NCBI GenBank assembly: GCA_000002445.1 | Contig: CM000207.1 | Location: 256,001 to 320,000 of the forward strand | From: Trypanosoma brucei | Lineage: Eukaryota | DNA: 64,000 bases | Reading direction: 5' to 3' | Shown here: piece after piece, positions 1 to 11,343 of the stretch | Layout of the letters: each line of letters starts with the position of its first letter | Numbering within the stretch: the first letter of the stretch is position 1 | Program-made: the position numbers and the translations under genes | Notes under the pieces: model-generated | The model's database searches: none | What the model saw: the letters and a program-made list of their open reading frames with translations, nothing else | What the model was told of the DNA's origin: nothing

Positions 1-780
1 TTATGTCATTCGTACAAGTAGTGACAGAGATTGAAAAAAGGGGAAGAAAATACAGAGTAAAACAACAGAATACGTAGTAGCTCATCATGTGAGAAAATGA
101 TATAGGAAGAGGAGATTTTACACCACATTTCCCACAAAAATGAATATGTGCTACTCTATAGATAATTGTTCCGAATGAGGTTTTAAATTTATGGCAAGCT
201 CCTATCTTAATCGACAAAACTAAGTCAGTGGCGACAGATAGATTGAATGTGGTTTTTTTAAGGGTATGAGAATGGAAAATTGTAGATGGGAAAAAGGTGA
301 CAAAGATGTTTTCTGACTGTGTCAGACACAAACCCAAGGACAGTAACAACTACTAAAATAAGAAAGAACGTAACCACCGACGATTTGTCGTCATTTCGAA
401 ACGACTGCATACAAGTCACAACACAAGACACCGTAGCAGGACCGCACACACACCTTAACACCGCGGCGGACGCCAACGACCAGACCATAGACGACAACGG
501 TACGCGAGCCACTAACTTCAGCTAAGCAGATACCAAAATGCCATTTGACATGGCAGACCAACAACTTCATACGGCTTTGGAACAAGATGCTCTAAATAGG
601 GCTTGTAGCTACAAACACGACCAATCATAATTGCTTTTCTTCTGTGTTTCGTAGATTGTGCAAGAAAGTCCCGGCGAAAGCACCTGCAAGCGGCAGTAAA
701 CGACTGTTAACCAAGTATAGCGGCGAACAACTACGCCGGGGACAATTGTAAAGCAGGTAAAACAAAAAACGAAAGCCTAA

Positions 781-2321
781 ATGACGCTCCAAGCGACGGT
801 GGCAGTGACGGCGCTGCTTGCCTTAGCACTAACGGCAGAGCAAGCAAGAGGCAACATACCGGCGGGAGCAAACGAGCAGGAATTTGGTGCATTGTGTGCC
901 ATTGTCGATCTTTCACGATCGGGCATAACCATTAACCAATTTCCGGATCAGACAGCTGACCTGGAAGGGGTCGTTCTAGCCCTTAACATGAGCTTAGCAG
1001 ATGAGTCGTGGCAGAAGCGGTTCAGTAAGGACGGGGCAAAAAAAGAGTGGATAAAAGAGCTTCCGCCAGGCACAACAGGCCCTGGCCACTGGAAAAAAAG
1101 TTGGCCAAAGTGGGCCGCCGCCGCGGCCAGGTTAGCCGACCAAGGAACGGCATCAGAGATAAAAAACAGCGGCTTCGAAACCTTAAACCCAATAGAAAGG
1201 GCAGGGGCCAAAGCAAGTCTAGCACAAATAGCAGCAGAAGCACAATTCCTAGCGACGCGGATCGCCAACAAACAAAGCTTAGGAAAAAAACACACACCGG
1301 AAACCATTAAAGCAGCGCTAAACGAAGCTATATACGGGGTCAAACAAGAGGAGACACCAGACTTTGAGCCAACGAGAAACTATGACGGTCTGAACACACA
1401 AGCAAGGGAAACGATATGCGTCGGCCTAGGAAGCGGAAAAAAAAGATACAATCGCAGGCGCTATCTAGTTTACCTGCGGACGAGACTACACCCAAACAGA
1501 AAAAGTGTGCGCAAGAAACCAGGCAGATACTCACAAGTGGACATCGAGCACCAACGCCATGACCAAGAACGGATTCGAGGAAATAGCAAAACACTGCGCC
1601 GGGCCAACAAAAACGCACCTAACATCAACCCTATTAATGGGTCTCATAAACAAGGTCAAAAACCTAATAAGAAGAGTAGGCGGCGACGGCTACCTGGGGG
1701 TGCTCGAAACAGGAAGCAGCTGCAACGGCAACAAAGCGGCCGGCATATGCATAAAGTACAGTGGCTATGACGGCACTACCCGCAACGATTTTGCTGCAAT
1801 CCCCTGGGCCCAGAAGTTGCTAGCTCTCCACGACGAGCTGCGGCAACAAGAAGCAGCTATCGCAGAAGCGACAGCGCTCGAGCAGCAACTTGCTGTGGCC
1901 AAAAATAAAGCCTATGCAACAGCACTGCTACAGAAGACCACACCTCCAACAGCCGGTCAGACAAGCATCGACAATGTCAACCGCAAAGGCAACCAGTGGG
2001 CTCAGCCGACTAACAAATGCAATCAAATAGTTACGGAAGAGGCATGCAACAAAGAAAATGAATGCAGTTATGAAAAAGAAAGCGATGGTACAAAAAGGTG
2101 CAAATATAATGCAACAAAAGCCACAGCAAATGGTGTCCCTGTAACACAAAGTCAAACTGGAGAGACATCAACACCATAAGATAGGTGCAAAGAGAAACCG
2201 GAGAAAGATTTCAAATCACCTGACTGTAAATGGGATTGAAGAAAAATGCAAAGATTCCTCCATTATAGCACACAAACAATTCGCCATGATTGTTTCTGCA
2301 TTTGTGGCCTTGGTTTTCTAA
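781..2321 (+). pseudogene. VSG: VSG pseudogene (VSG1). N-terminal signal peptide and surface-exposed domain, then frameshifts; C-terminal domain and GPI signal lie in other frames.
   Basis: ORF 781-1770 begins MTLQATVAVTALLALALTAEQARG (signal peptide) then degenerates into Arg/Lys-rich out-of-frame text. ORF 1505-2179 gives a VSG-like body plus Cys-rich CTD (CNQIVTEEACNKENECSYEKESDGTKRCKYNATKA...). The terminal KDSSIIAHKQFAMIVSAFVALVF* is in a third frame ending at 2321. 16-mer-like tttgatatattttaatacc at ~2353-2372. Confidence 0.8.
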
Positions 2322-2419
2322 TTTTTTCCGTATTTAAAGAATTTTTTCTAAAACTTTGCTATTTGATATATTTTAATACCTAAATTCAGCCGAGATTTTT
2401 TTGTTGTTTGTAAAAATTC

Positions 2420-2940
2420 TGATTCTTTAAATTTTTTGTTGGTGGCTCAAAAATTCCCCTTTTATCTATTGAGTTTTTTAAGGTTTTAATTTTTCTTTTT
2501 TTTTGGTATTTTTTATAATTTTCCATTTTTTTAAATGTAATGCAGCGGCTCTCTCTTGACGCGGACCTTAAAGCTTATTCGCCCTCCGCACTTGAAGCGG
2601 TGCTTAATTTGTTTTTTAAAAAACTCTGGTGCGTAGACGAAGGGGCTGCACGCTGTTTTTTTTAAAGCTGGCGCGCTGCAATTTCGTTGCGCAGAACGAT
2701 TTCCTTTTAAAGGGAAAGTTAAGGAAATAGGGAAACATTCGTCACCAGCAGATTATGAAAATAAGCAATTAACCCTCAGCGGCACAATCTGTGGCTGGCA
2801 CCAGACGTCTAAAGCCGTTCAACTGTCAGAGGTGTGTTTTTAACGGTGTCAGAGACAAATGTGAGTTGAAAAAGGAGTTGACACAAGAACTAGAAAAGGC
2901 AAGCCAAGAATCGTGAGGGAAAGACTGGCAAACTAATTTC
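2420..2940. repeat. Degenerate telomere-associated / T-rich block downstream of VSG1 (copy 1 of a recurring module), containing the 'aatgcagcggctc...gacgcggacc' motif
   Basis: T-rich sequence with 'gtaatgcagcggctctctcttgacgcggacc' at ~2535, plus 'gctgcacgctg...tggcgcgctgcaatttcgttgcgcagaacgatttccttttaaag', homologous to boxes at 44510-44600 and 51190-51290. Confidence 0.5.
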
Positions 2941-3136
2941 TCTAGCCACCAGGATCAGACATCTGGTGAAAAACAAGAATGAAGGACTGCCAGCTTGTGG
3001 CCCTTGTAAATGTGGTTGGATAACTTTCACAGACAAAGAAGGCAAACTTCCCAAACCTGAGTGACTCTCTTTCAGTATCCTTGTCAATAAAAAATTGGCT
3101 CTAAGTATGGCTGCTGATTTTATGGATTTGGTATGA
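2940..3136 (+). pseudogene. VSG: Orphan VSG C-terminal-domain fragment with its own 3'UTR
   Basis: Translation ...CGPCKCGWITFTDKEGKLPKPE*LSFSILVNKKLALSMAADFMDLV* resembles the CTD ends at 45100-45227 and 54720-54852. 16-mer variant tttgatatgttttaacac at ~3231-3248. Confidence 0.65.
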
Positions 3137-3461
3137 TTTTAGAATTGTAAGGATATTTGCTCCATTTTATGAAGTTTATAAAATTTTCTTTCTTAAAAGA
3201 AATTGATAATTTTTCTGAAGTTTGCGAAATTTGATATGTTTTAACACTATTTCTTGAAAATGTAAAAGTTGTAGAAAATTATAAGGATTTTAAGAATGTA
3301 GAACTTTATTAAATGTATATGATAGTAGCTTATGGATGCAAAGCAGTGGGTGATAGGGAATGAAAAATGAGTGCTACTCTTCTCTTGTCTTCTCTGTTTA
3401 GTTAATCCATATTAGTTGCGAATATAATAATCGTATAGAAATTTTAAAAATGGTATTTGTA

Positions 3462-3507
3462 ATGGGGTGTGTTATGAGTGTGTATATACGAATATTATAA
3501 TGAGAGC

Positions 3508-3577
<70 letters not shown>

Positions 3578-3655
3578 GTATTGATAGTGATAATGATATA
3601 AAAGTATTGTCAGTGTATATAAACTAATATTATAATAAAAGTGGTAGCGACTAAG
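3462..3655 (+). repeat. 70-bp repeat block (about 2.5 units) with expanded (TAA)n tract, upstream of VSG2
   Basis: gtgttatgagtgtgtatatacgaatattataatgagagcaataataat followed by ~90 bp of pure TAA triplets (3508-3598) and a second partial unit (...gtgtatataaactaatattataataaaagtggtagcg). Confidence 0.85.
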
Positions 3656-4994
3656 TGGGGAGACAAAAATGGAAGCAGTTAAAATAAAGGAAAAGATTTA
3701 ATTTGTGTTAGAAAGTAAGGATGAAAAGAGTTAGAGATTGAGAGGTACAGAAAAAAATATGTGTACATGGATTATGAGCAGTTTCAGACACAAACATTGC
3801 GATTGTGTCATTATCCAAAAAGATATGAAGAAGGGTCAGTGAAGAAAGAAGACAGACTCAAATGTACAGGCTAAATGAGGCTGCTATATTATCCGCAGTA
3901 GAAGAAGAGGTGACTGGAATAAAATAATAAAGAATAAAGCGATAGGATACGCAACGAAACAACAGAGATCAAAGAAAAATTAAACAGGAAGATATTGTAC
4001 TCCACACTTCACAAAGAAATAGATGGAAGATACTGCGGAGATTATGGTGGGATAAACAACTGTAGTAGTAGTTAATAAAACAACTTCAATGGGGTCTCAA
4101 AACAGAACCTTAAGGTTGAGTTTCGTAGTGCACAATAGTGGTAAAAGTATTATTATATCTCAAAACATCGGTGTTACTAGCTACTGCGATTCCCATGGCA
4201 ACTTACAGTAGAAATTAAAAATGATGCAAGGAAAAGTAGAATGCATGTAGTGTTCAGCAGTGTGCGTTGTTGAAGCTAATTTTTAAATATTTAATCATAG
4301 ATTCGTGCTGAAAGATAAACTACACACACTGAACGTACACCATTCAATAGCTAATCTATAAGAAATGCAAGCATTGTGCCAGCAAAGCATATGGTAGAGA
4401 GAAGCCATATATAGGCAGAAAGGTGCGGCAATACAAAAGAAATGTTAGAAACCAATATGACAGCTAGGGTAATGGCAGAAAAACTACAGAAGAGTAAATA
4501 AAAGTCACACATCGACAAAAAGGAAGGAAAGACCGGCAAACCATTGGGAGACTAAATTGATGCATATAAAGATGATACTATCGGGCTGTTGACTGTGCAG
4601 CAGAGCACCATCACCCAAATTACAATATAAGTAGCATAAAATTCTATTAGCGAAGAGCCGTGGAAAATTCACTATCTAGAAGCAAACAGAAATATTAGCT
4701 TGCTTCGATAAGCGTCATTATAGGCACTAAAACTCTTTAAATGTTCTCAGTAACGTAGAAATAGCATTAATGCCGCCTAACTTACAGATCTGCTTTATTT
4801 ACAAGCGAGGCAAGTTATAAGTTCAAAAACTTCGGCAGCTTAGAAACCCATGTCTAGAACATATCACAGGAATTTTATCCTGTTTTAATAATCGCTGCTG
4901 TGGAGAAGCGCAACACCAAGTCTGCTACAGCACACCATACAAAGCAATGTGCGCCCCTTGCCATTATTCTAAAGCCTCAATAGACTGCCGTGGA

Positions 4995-6452
4995 ATGACG
5001 TCAAAGCGTGCAGTCAGCTTACTATTACTGGCACTCGCAAGTGCGAGCAGCAGCTCAGCTTCCCATGTTGCTGTTAAGTCAGAGCTATGGAAGCCGCAGT
5101 GCGAGCTCGCCAAAGAGCTAAGGAAGACGGCTGGTATAACCATCTCAAAACTAAGCGCAAAGCTAACGGCCATCGACAACCTAAACAAGATGAGCATGCG
5201 ACTTCTCCTATTCGGCCAACGAACTTCGCCTCTTGACAACCAGGTCACAGCCCTCGCGTTAGCACTGGCAGCTCAAAAGAAAGCAGCAAAGATCCAATCA
5301 ACCGTGTCGGACAGTGTGAAAACAGGATTACTTGCAACGCAGTACAGCGGCGAGTTAGCAGGCGGAATTGTGTCGGCTGTACATTTTCTAAAGCACGCGA
5401 GTGACGGCGCCCATTACTGCCTCAACAGCAACGGAAAAAAAGGAGACGGCAGACCCGCTGTGGACACCACAGGCTGTGCCACCCTAACAGCAACAGAGGT
5501 TTCAACCGAAACAGGGTTCAACAAAGGAGACATCAACGACGACGGTTTTGTGAAACTAACAGCCCTAACCACCACTGACGGCGCAGGGCAAACAGGGACA
5601 TGCGGTGTGTTTGAAACCGCAAGCGGATCGGGGAGCACAACAGCCGGAATACAGATAAGCGCAGGGGCAAAAGTCCACCTGGCATTCGGAGCAATTGAAG
5701 GCACGACATCGCAGCAGCCCACTCGACCGGCGCTAAACAAGTTCGAAGGCGCAAACCTGGAAGCTGAACAAACATTCTTCGGAAAAGCCCACAAAAGCCT
5801 TAAAGCTCTAACTTTAGACACAACGGAAAATGCCCTGGAAGATCCAAAAGCCATGCTCAAACAACTAGCCACGGAAGCAGAAGCGATGGAAGCCCTGTAC
5901 ACGGTACTGAGCGGAGCTTCGCCCAACAAGAAGCCAACAGAGTTTTCAGCACAAAACCAGCAACTAAAAATCAGATACTTTGGCGCCGACGGCGAAAAAA
6001 CTGAGAAACTATGGGAACAGATAACCGCTGGAAAAACTATAGGAGCCGGGGAGGACCCACACAAGTTCAGTAATCTAAGTGAAGTAAGCACAGCAGATGA
6101 CCTTTCCAAGGCACTTTTTTTCTACACGGCCGCCACCCTAACAGCGACCCGCGAGCTCAAAAGTGAAAATAGTAGGCTGAAAGAAACCACCGCAAAAGCT
6201 GAAAAAACACAAGAACAAATTTGCAATGCAATACAAAACGAAAAAGATTGCGGTAATAATGAAAACTGCAAATACGACAAAGACAAAACTGAAGGACCAA
6301 AATGCATATTAAGCGACAAGGGCAAAAAAGCAGCAGAAAAAGCAAACCAAGAACCAGGAGGGAAAGATGGCAAAACAACCACAAACACCACAGGAAGCAA
6401 TTCTTTTGTCATTAACAAGGCCCCTCTTTTGCTTGCAGTTTTTCTACTATGA
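4995..6452 (+). CDS. VSG: Apparently intact VSG (VSG2). A possible alternative upstream ATG at 4947 would add 16 aa.
   Basis: Uninterrupted ORF (track 4947-6452, 501 aa). The MTSKRAVSLLLLALASASSSSAS signal peptide starts at 4995. Cys-rich CTD (EQICNAIQNEKDCGNNENCKYDKDKTEGPKCIL) and canonical GPI signal GSNSFVINKAPLLLAVFLL*. 70-bp repeats lie 1.3 kb upstream. Confidence 0.85.
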   Translation: MTSKRAVSLLLLALASASSSSASHVAVKSELWKPQCELAKELRKTAGITISKLSAKLTAIDNLNKMSMRLLLFGQRTSPLDNQVTALALALAAQKKAAKIQSTVSDSVKTGLLATQYSGELAGGIVSAVHFLKHASDGAHYCLNSNGKKGDGRPAVDTTGCATLTATEVSTETGFNKGDINDDGFVKLTALTTTDGAGQTGTCGVFETASGSGSTTAGIQISAGAKVHLAFGAIEGTTSQQPTRPALNKFEGANLEAEQTFFGKAHKSLKALTLDTTENALEDPKAMLKQLATEAEAMEALYTVLSGASPNKKPTEFSAQNQQLKIRYFGADGEKTEKLWEQITAGKTIGAGEDPHKFSNLSEVSTADDLSKALFFYTAATLTATRELKSENSRLKETTAKAEKTQEQICNAIQNEKDCGNNENCKYDKDKTEGPKCILSDKGKKAAEKANQEPGGKDGKTTTNTTGSNSFVINKAPLLLAVFLL

Positions 6453-6749
6453 TTAAAATTATTAAAAGAATTTTTCTAAATATAATGAAATTTATGAAAT
6501 TAACTGTTTCGAAAGAGCTAGCTAATATTTACCCAAATTTGATATACTATAGCGCTTGTGATGGAAACGTGAAAATTAGTAAGAGTTTTGAAAAAATAAA
6601 AAAAATTGAGATTTTAGTAAATATCTATGATGGTGGTCTATCTGTGTAAACCTATTAGGGAAATTGAGTGAGAAAAATGAGTGATATTATAATTTGTTTA
6701 TTTAATTCTTTCATTATTTTATGCATATTAGTTATGTTTACAATTATAA

Positions 6750-6890
6750 AAATAATAATAGTTATGATAATGATGATAGAAGAGTGTTGTGAATGTGTAT
6801 ATATACGAATATTATAATAAGAGCAGTAGTAATAATAATAATAATGATATTAGGAATGTGTTGTGAGTGTTTATACGCGGATGCTAGAAT
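6750..6890 (+). repeat. 70-bp repeat block (about 2 units) upstream of VSG3
   Basis: gatagaagagtgttgtgaatgtgtatatatacgaatattataataagagcagtagtaataataataataatgatattaggaatgtgttgtgagtgtttatacgcgg. Confidence 0.85.
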
Positions 6891-7703
6891 AAAATTAATA
6901 GAAAGTGCTGGAATGGCGCCATAATAAAAGCACTTACAACAAGGGAAAGATTTCAATTGAGGTAATGGATGAAGATTGGAAAAGGGAGCACGGGGAAAAT
7001 TATTATAGGAATGAAAAAAATACAATGAGAGAGAGACAGAGATAGAGTGTGCGCAGATTCAAGCACAAAAATAGTGATTGTCGTTAGTGTATGCAACAAG
7101 ATGGAGGAAGAGAGAATCAAGTGCAGTGGCCAAAGAAGTTGCGATGTTTTTCACAGCGGTAAAAAACAGAAGATTAAAACTAAAGAAACAGAAATATAGA
7201 ATAGAACAAGAGAGTGTGTGAAATTACAGCACAGATAAAAAGAATACAAGAGGAGAGTATTTGCGGTAAATAACTCAAAGATGTATAAATGCAACACCAG
7301 AAATGGTTGACACTGTGGTTTTTAATGTGATGGCGCCACCGGCCGTTTAGTAGCAAGTTAACGAAAGTATGTTTATCCATAGAAAAAGTATGTCCTTTCA
7401 GTTTATCAGAAAGCTTCATGGCAAGACAGGGATAACTTTGTAGGTGGAAAACAAAGGTTGACCAGAAACTGTGAACGGATGCAGATCGGAGCTTTCTTCC
7501 AGCAATCACCACGAAGGTGGCCCGCGAGCACGGCGACGCGCACAAGCGGTAGAATCCATGGTCCGCAGCACTTGAGACAAGCGTATTCAGCTGTTTTTTC
7601 TTATCTACCACTCAAAACTGGCACTAATTGTAACCCCAGTTGTCATCAACGCCTTTAACTGAGCGACATCCAAGTGATTTAAGCCAACGTAGTTACAGGA
7701 TCA

Positions 7704-9239
7704 ATGCTAATACAGCCGCTGCTGTCGTTTGTTGTGGCTGGCGTGCTAACAACGATCAAGCAATGCTCAGCGGTCGCAGTTAAAAGTGCAAACGCCGAGG
7801 ACTTTGCTGCTTTGTGTGGCTTAATAACTTTAGCGAAAGCAAACTTCCAAAACAAAGCGGAGCAACAAGACATTGCGGACAGCATAAGAAGCCTAATAGC
7901 AATCAACTACACAATTGGCGATGACGCGATACGAGCTGACGTCGCGGCCGACAAGACAAAGGATTGGACAGCTGTATCAGCGAAGCATACCGGCACAAAA
8001 GTCTATTATAGTAAGCACTGGGAGCAGTGGAGTCGCGTAGAGAACCTCAATCCCTCAGATGCCGAAGCAAAGGCTCTACTGGTATGGCACAAGCACCGTA
8101 ATAACAGCGAGGTAAAACAGAGTGTCAGGATGATCACAGAAACCGCCATAGCACTACACGAAGCTGCACAACAAGTCAAAGAAGACCTCAAAGCAGCTGG
8201 CCTCTCAGACGACCTGGAAAGATCTCTTTACGGCGCGCCCAAGGCAACAGCAACATTCAAGTTCGCAAGCGGCAACAGGGAGACAGAATGCGGTAAAGGA
8301 ACGACAGCGACAGCAAGCCCAGGAACAAAGGCAGGGAAAGCGCTCTACTGGGACCTCCTTTGTCTATGTGCTGGCAAAAACACTGACACTGACGCCGGGC
8401 TCGCTTGTTGCGAGGGCTGCGACGAAGCGCCAAACAACAACGCCTGGACGGCTAACACTGACGGCAAAGAACGAGCCGAAAAAATAGCCGAGCGCTGTCC
8501 ACCTTATCTCGTTCCTGAGCAGCTCACCCAAAGCCTGCTGAATTCGAGGTTACTATCGTTCCTAACAAGGGCAAACAAGCATAAGGGCAGCGGGCTGGTC
8601 GAAAAGTTCGTCCTAGGGTACATGGCCGGCATCGGGGCAGCTGGCTGCACAGGACAGACTAGTGCCGGGACTGCTGGTGCCTGTGTCAAGTACAGCGGCG
8701 ACAGCATACTCAAAAATAAGCCTGAGCTACAGTGGCTGACAAACCTAAAAAAGGCAGTGGAAAAAAGTGAAAAGCAAGTCGCAGCTGAAAAGACGCTGCG
8801 TGAATTAGCAACTAAGCTAAAAATACTAAACAATTCAGCAGAGCAGATACTATACACGACCAGTAGAAGGTCTTCAGAACCTGGCACAACGGCAAAAGAA
8901 AACATCCAAACTCCGGCAGCTATCTGCACACAGTATACCACGAACGAGACGTGTATTTCAAACAAATGTAAATGGGAAGGAAAAACAGAAACGACAGGGG
9001 CACATTGTAAACCAGGTGATAATCAGGTTACGGGCCAGAAAAACACAGCAGAAACAGGAAAGACACCAAAAGAGGGAGCAGCAGCAAATGGGTGTGCAGC
9101 GCACGGAACTGATAAGACAAAATTTGAAGGTGACAAAAGCTGTAAATGGGAAGGGGAAACTTGCAAAGATTTCAGTTTCCTTATGAATTAGAAAATTTCT
9201 TTGGTTGCTTCTGCTTTCACTGATTCGGTAGAATTTTAA
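7704..9239 (+). pseudogene. VSG: VSG pseudogene (VSG3): a full-length body with a single in-frame TAG at 9189-9191 that removes the GPI-signal hydrophobic tail
   Basis: 495-aa ORF MLIQPLLSFVVAGVLTTIKQCSAVA... ends ...CKWEGETCKDFSFLMN*. The in-frame continuation KISLVASAFTDSVEF* is the expected GPI tail, so one nonsense codon (TAG where AAG/AAA is expected) truncates it. 16-mer aaatttgatatattataacac at ~9311-9331. Confidence 0.75.
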
Positions 9240-9494
9240 GGATTTTAAGAATTCTTGCATGATTTTATGAAACTCATGAAATTTCCTAAAAATACTAAAA
9301 TATAATATTTTGATAAAATTTGATATATTATAACACTTTTTGGTGAAAATGTGGAAATTGTTGAAAAATATAAAATTTTTGTATGACAGTGCGCTATGTG
9401 TGCAAAGTGGTAAAGTAATATCGTGTGAAAACAAAGTGCTATTCTAATAAACTTCTAACTTTGTTTACCTTTGTTTTCTGTGCATTAGGGTTAT

Positions 9495-9545
9495 ACTAAT
9501 AGCAACAACAACAATAATAATAATAGGAGAGTGTTGTGCTTTAAA
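9495..9545 (+). repeat. Partial 70-bp repeat unit
   Basis: aatagcaacaacaacaataataataataggagagtgttgtgctttaaac (TAA-rich + GAGAGTGTTGTG core, truncated). Confidence 0.6.
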
Positions 9546-9989
9546 CTTCACTCAAAAATGTATAGAATATGCAGCAGAGATTATCACACAGCTAACAACA
9601 GAAATGCCTCAGAAAATCATTCTAATCTGAGGAACTCAAGGCTAGCGAATGATTGTGGCAGTTTTCACGCAAACGTGATAAACTTATTATTATATCTGAA
9701 TTAATGAGTGTAACTAACTAGTGTAATTCCCGTAACAATTCATAGATACGAATTATCAAAGCATTGAGGGGCGGGCACATATGGCTATTATAACCTCTAA
9801 AAACAAAAACCATACATGTATACAGAACTATAAGCTTAAAATACTGAGCAAACACATTGTGAAAGATATATCACAACTTACATATACATAATTATATATG
9901 GAAGAATAATAGAAACTAAATTAACTTTTTTCTTAAGGTTTCTAAGTTTTCTTATAAGATCTCAAATTTTGTTAGTATGTTATGAAATG

Positions 9990-10946
9990 AAATTTGGTAT
10001 TGCGGGAACATTACTATTACTGTTGCTATTACATTTAGTGTGTATGCGCTGTATACATCCCAAATGATAAAATAAATTGCACAACAAAAGTAACAGAGAA
10101 TATTCTAAAGAGGCCAAGAGTGTTTGTGGTTGTAGTGTAATCTCATGGAACTCAAGGATGATGTAGATTCATACTGAGTGCGAAACTAAGCAATATTGAA
10201 ATTATTACAGTTGTGATGGGAGGTTTGTATAGTTATGTTAAAAGACCTAAATAAGTTATGGAGTTTTTACAGAAGCAGAATGCAAGTGATGAGGACATTT
10301 TAATAAGTGTTGATGGTCTGATGTTATTGTTACTGATCAACAAAAGTATGATAATTATGAGAATGCTGTGGAATATTTTATACAATATACAGTATCTAAT
10401 GAGGATAAGTTTAGTGAAGAAGATATAGTAAAAGAGAAGCATATTTCCCCTACTCTATTTATGTCAACAGCTGAGTATTATGAACCTCAGTTAGACTTAA
10501 TTTTAAACTCAGAGCACAGAGAGCATATGGAGAGGTGCGCGTGGTTTTTCAAAGTCTCTTACTTGGCAGAGGACCAAAGAAACCTAACGCACTTACTTAA
10601 GTGGCCTATAACTCAAAAAGCATACTTGAATGGAGGTGGTATAATAGGAAGAGTTTGGGCATTCAGAAAGTTTTAGAAAGCGTTTGATGAAATACTTAAA
10701 ATGACGGATGAGTGGTTGTCAGAACAGAGCATTTATAAGCCGTTACTTCTTTGGAGTGTGTACAAAGAAACTAATATAGGCACGAGACTTCTTTTACCAA
10801 GAGGCTCTATTGGATTAGATTATGAGGAGCGTTACTTTTCCATACCAGTAAGTGGCCCAATTGGGCAAGCTGCATTCCTTCATCTCGCAGGAAACGCCTT
10901 TTCTTGGAGGGAAAGGGCAAAGGAAATTATGACAAACTTGACTTAG
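9990..10946 (+). pseudogene. Glycosyltransferase-like (Fringe/GT31-type motifs) ESAG-like pseudogene, copy A. Paralogue of 46620-47575; possibly the ESAG3-type family common in VSG arrays, but the family assignment is uncertain.
   Basis: ORFs 10368-10676 and 10701-10946 plus upstream frames give ...DEDILISVDGSDVIVTD... (DxD-like) and AYLNGGGIIGRVWAF (GGxG..R-like). About 75-80% nt identity by eye to 46620-47575, including the 5' flank (catttagtgtgt(g)tatgc(g)ctgtat...). Broken by stops and frameshifts. Confidence 0.5.
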
Positions 10947-11343
10947 TATGACAAATATAAAAGTAAAAAAATTAGGAGTCATAATCTAGGGCAACTTCAA
11001 ACTTATGCAGTGTCTGGAGAGAAATTGAATTTTGAATATGAAAGTATTTGCGGAAATGCATTTAAGGAAGGGGATTTTTTTAAGGCTAAGAAAATATAAT
11101 CATAATTAAACCGCCTTCCAAGCAGATAATAATCAATGCAGCCAGGGAAACAAAGCACCATAAGAATTAAAATGGTTAAACAGTCCACAAGAAGAAGAAA
11201 CAAACAACTTTGCACACCACCTCAGTGGCAAGAAATACACAAAATAAGGGTCAACAAGAAAAAGCAAGGCAACATATTAGTCATAAAAACACAAAGGAAA
11301 CTTGCACAAAAACTATCTACACAGCCACACAAACACCAAGCAA

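Noticed and set aside
1-780. Short ORFs at the window start (258-512(-), 319-525(+), 391-585(-))
   Set aside because: Mutually overlapping, no motifs, A-rich low-complexity sequence; this is most likely a spacer upstream of VSG1.
5414-6109. 231-aa ORF on the minus strand
   Set aside because: Lies fully antisense to the intact VSG2 coding region and has a low-complexity Ser/Ala/Leu-rich translation, so it is an antisense artefact of a long coding ORF. The same applies to 16406-17209(-), 20029-20640(-), 53577-54272(-), 8504-8965(-), 33964-34554(-) and 30337-30780(-).
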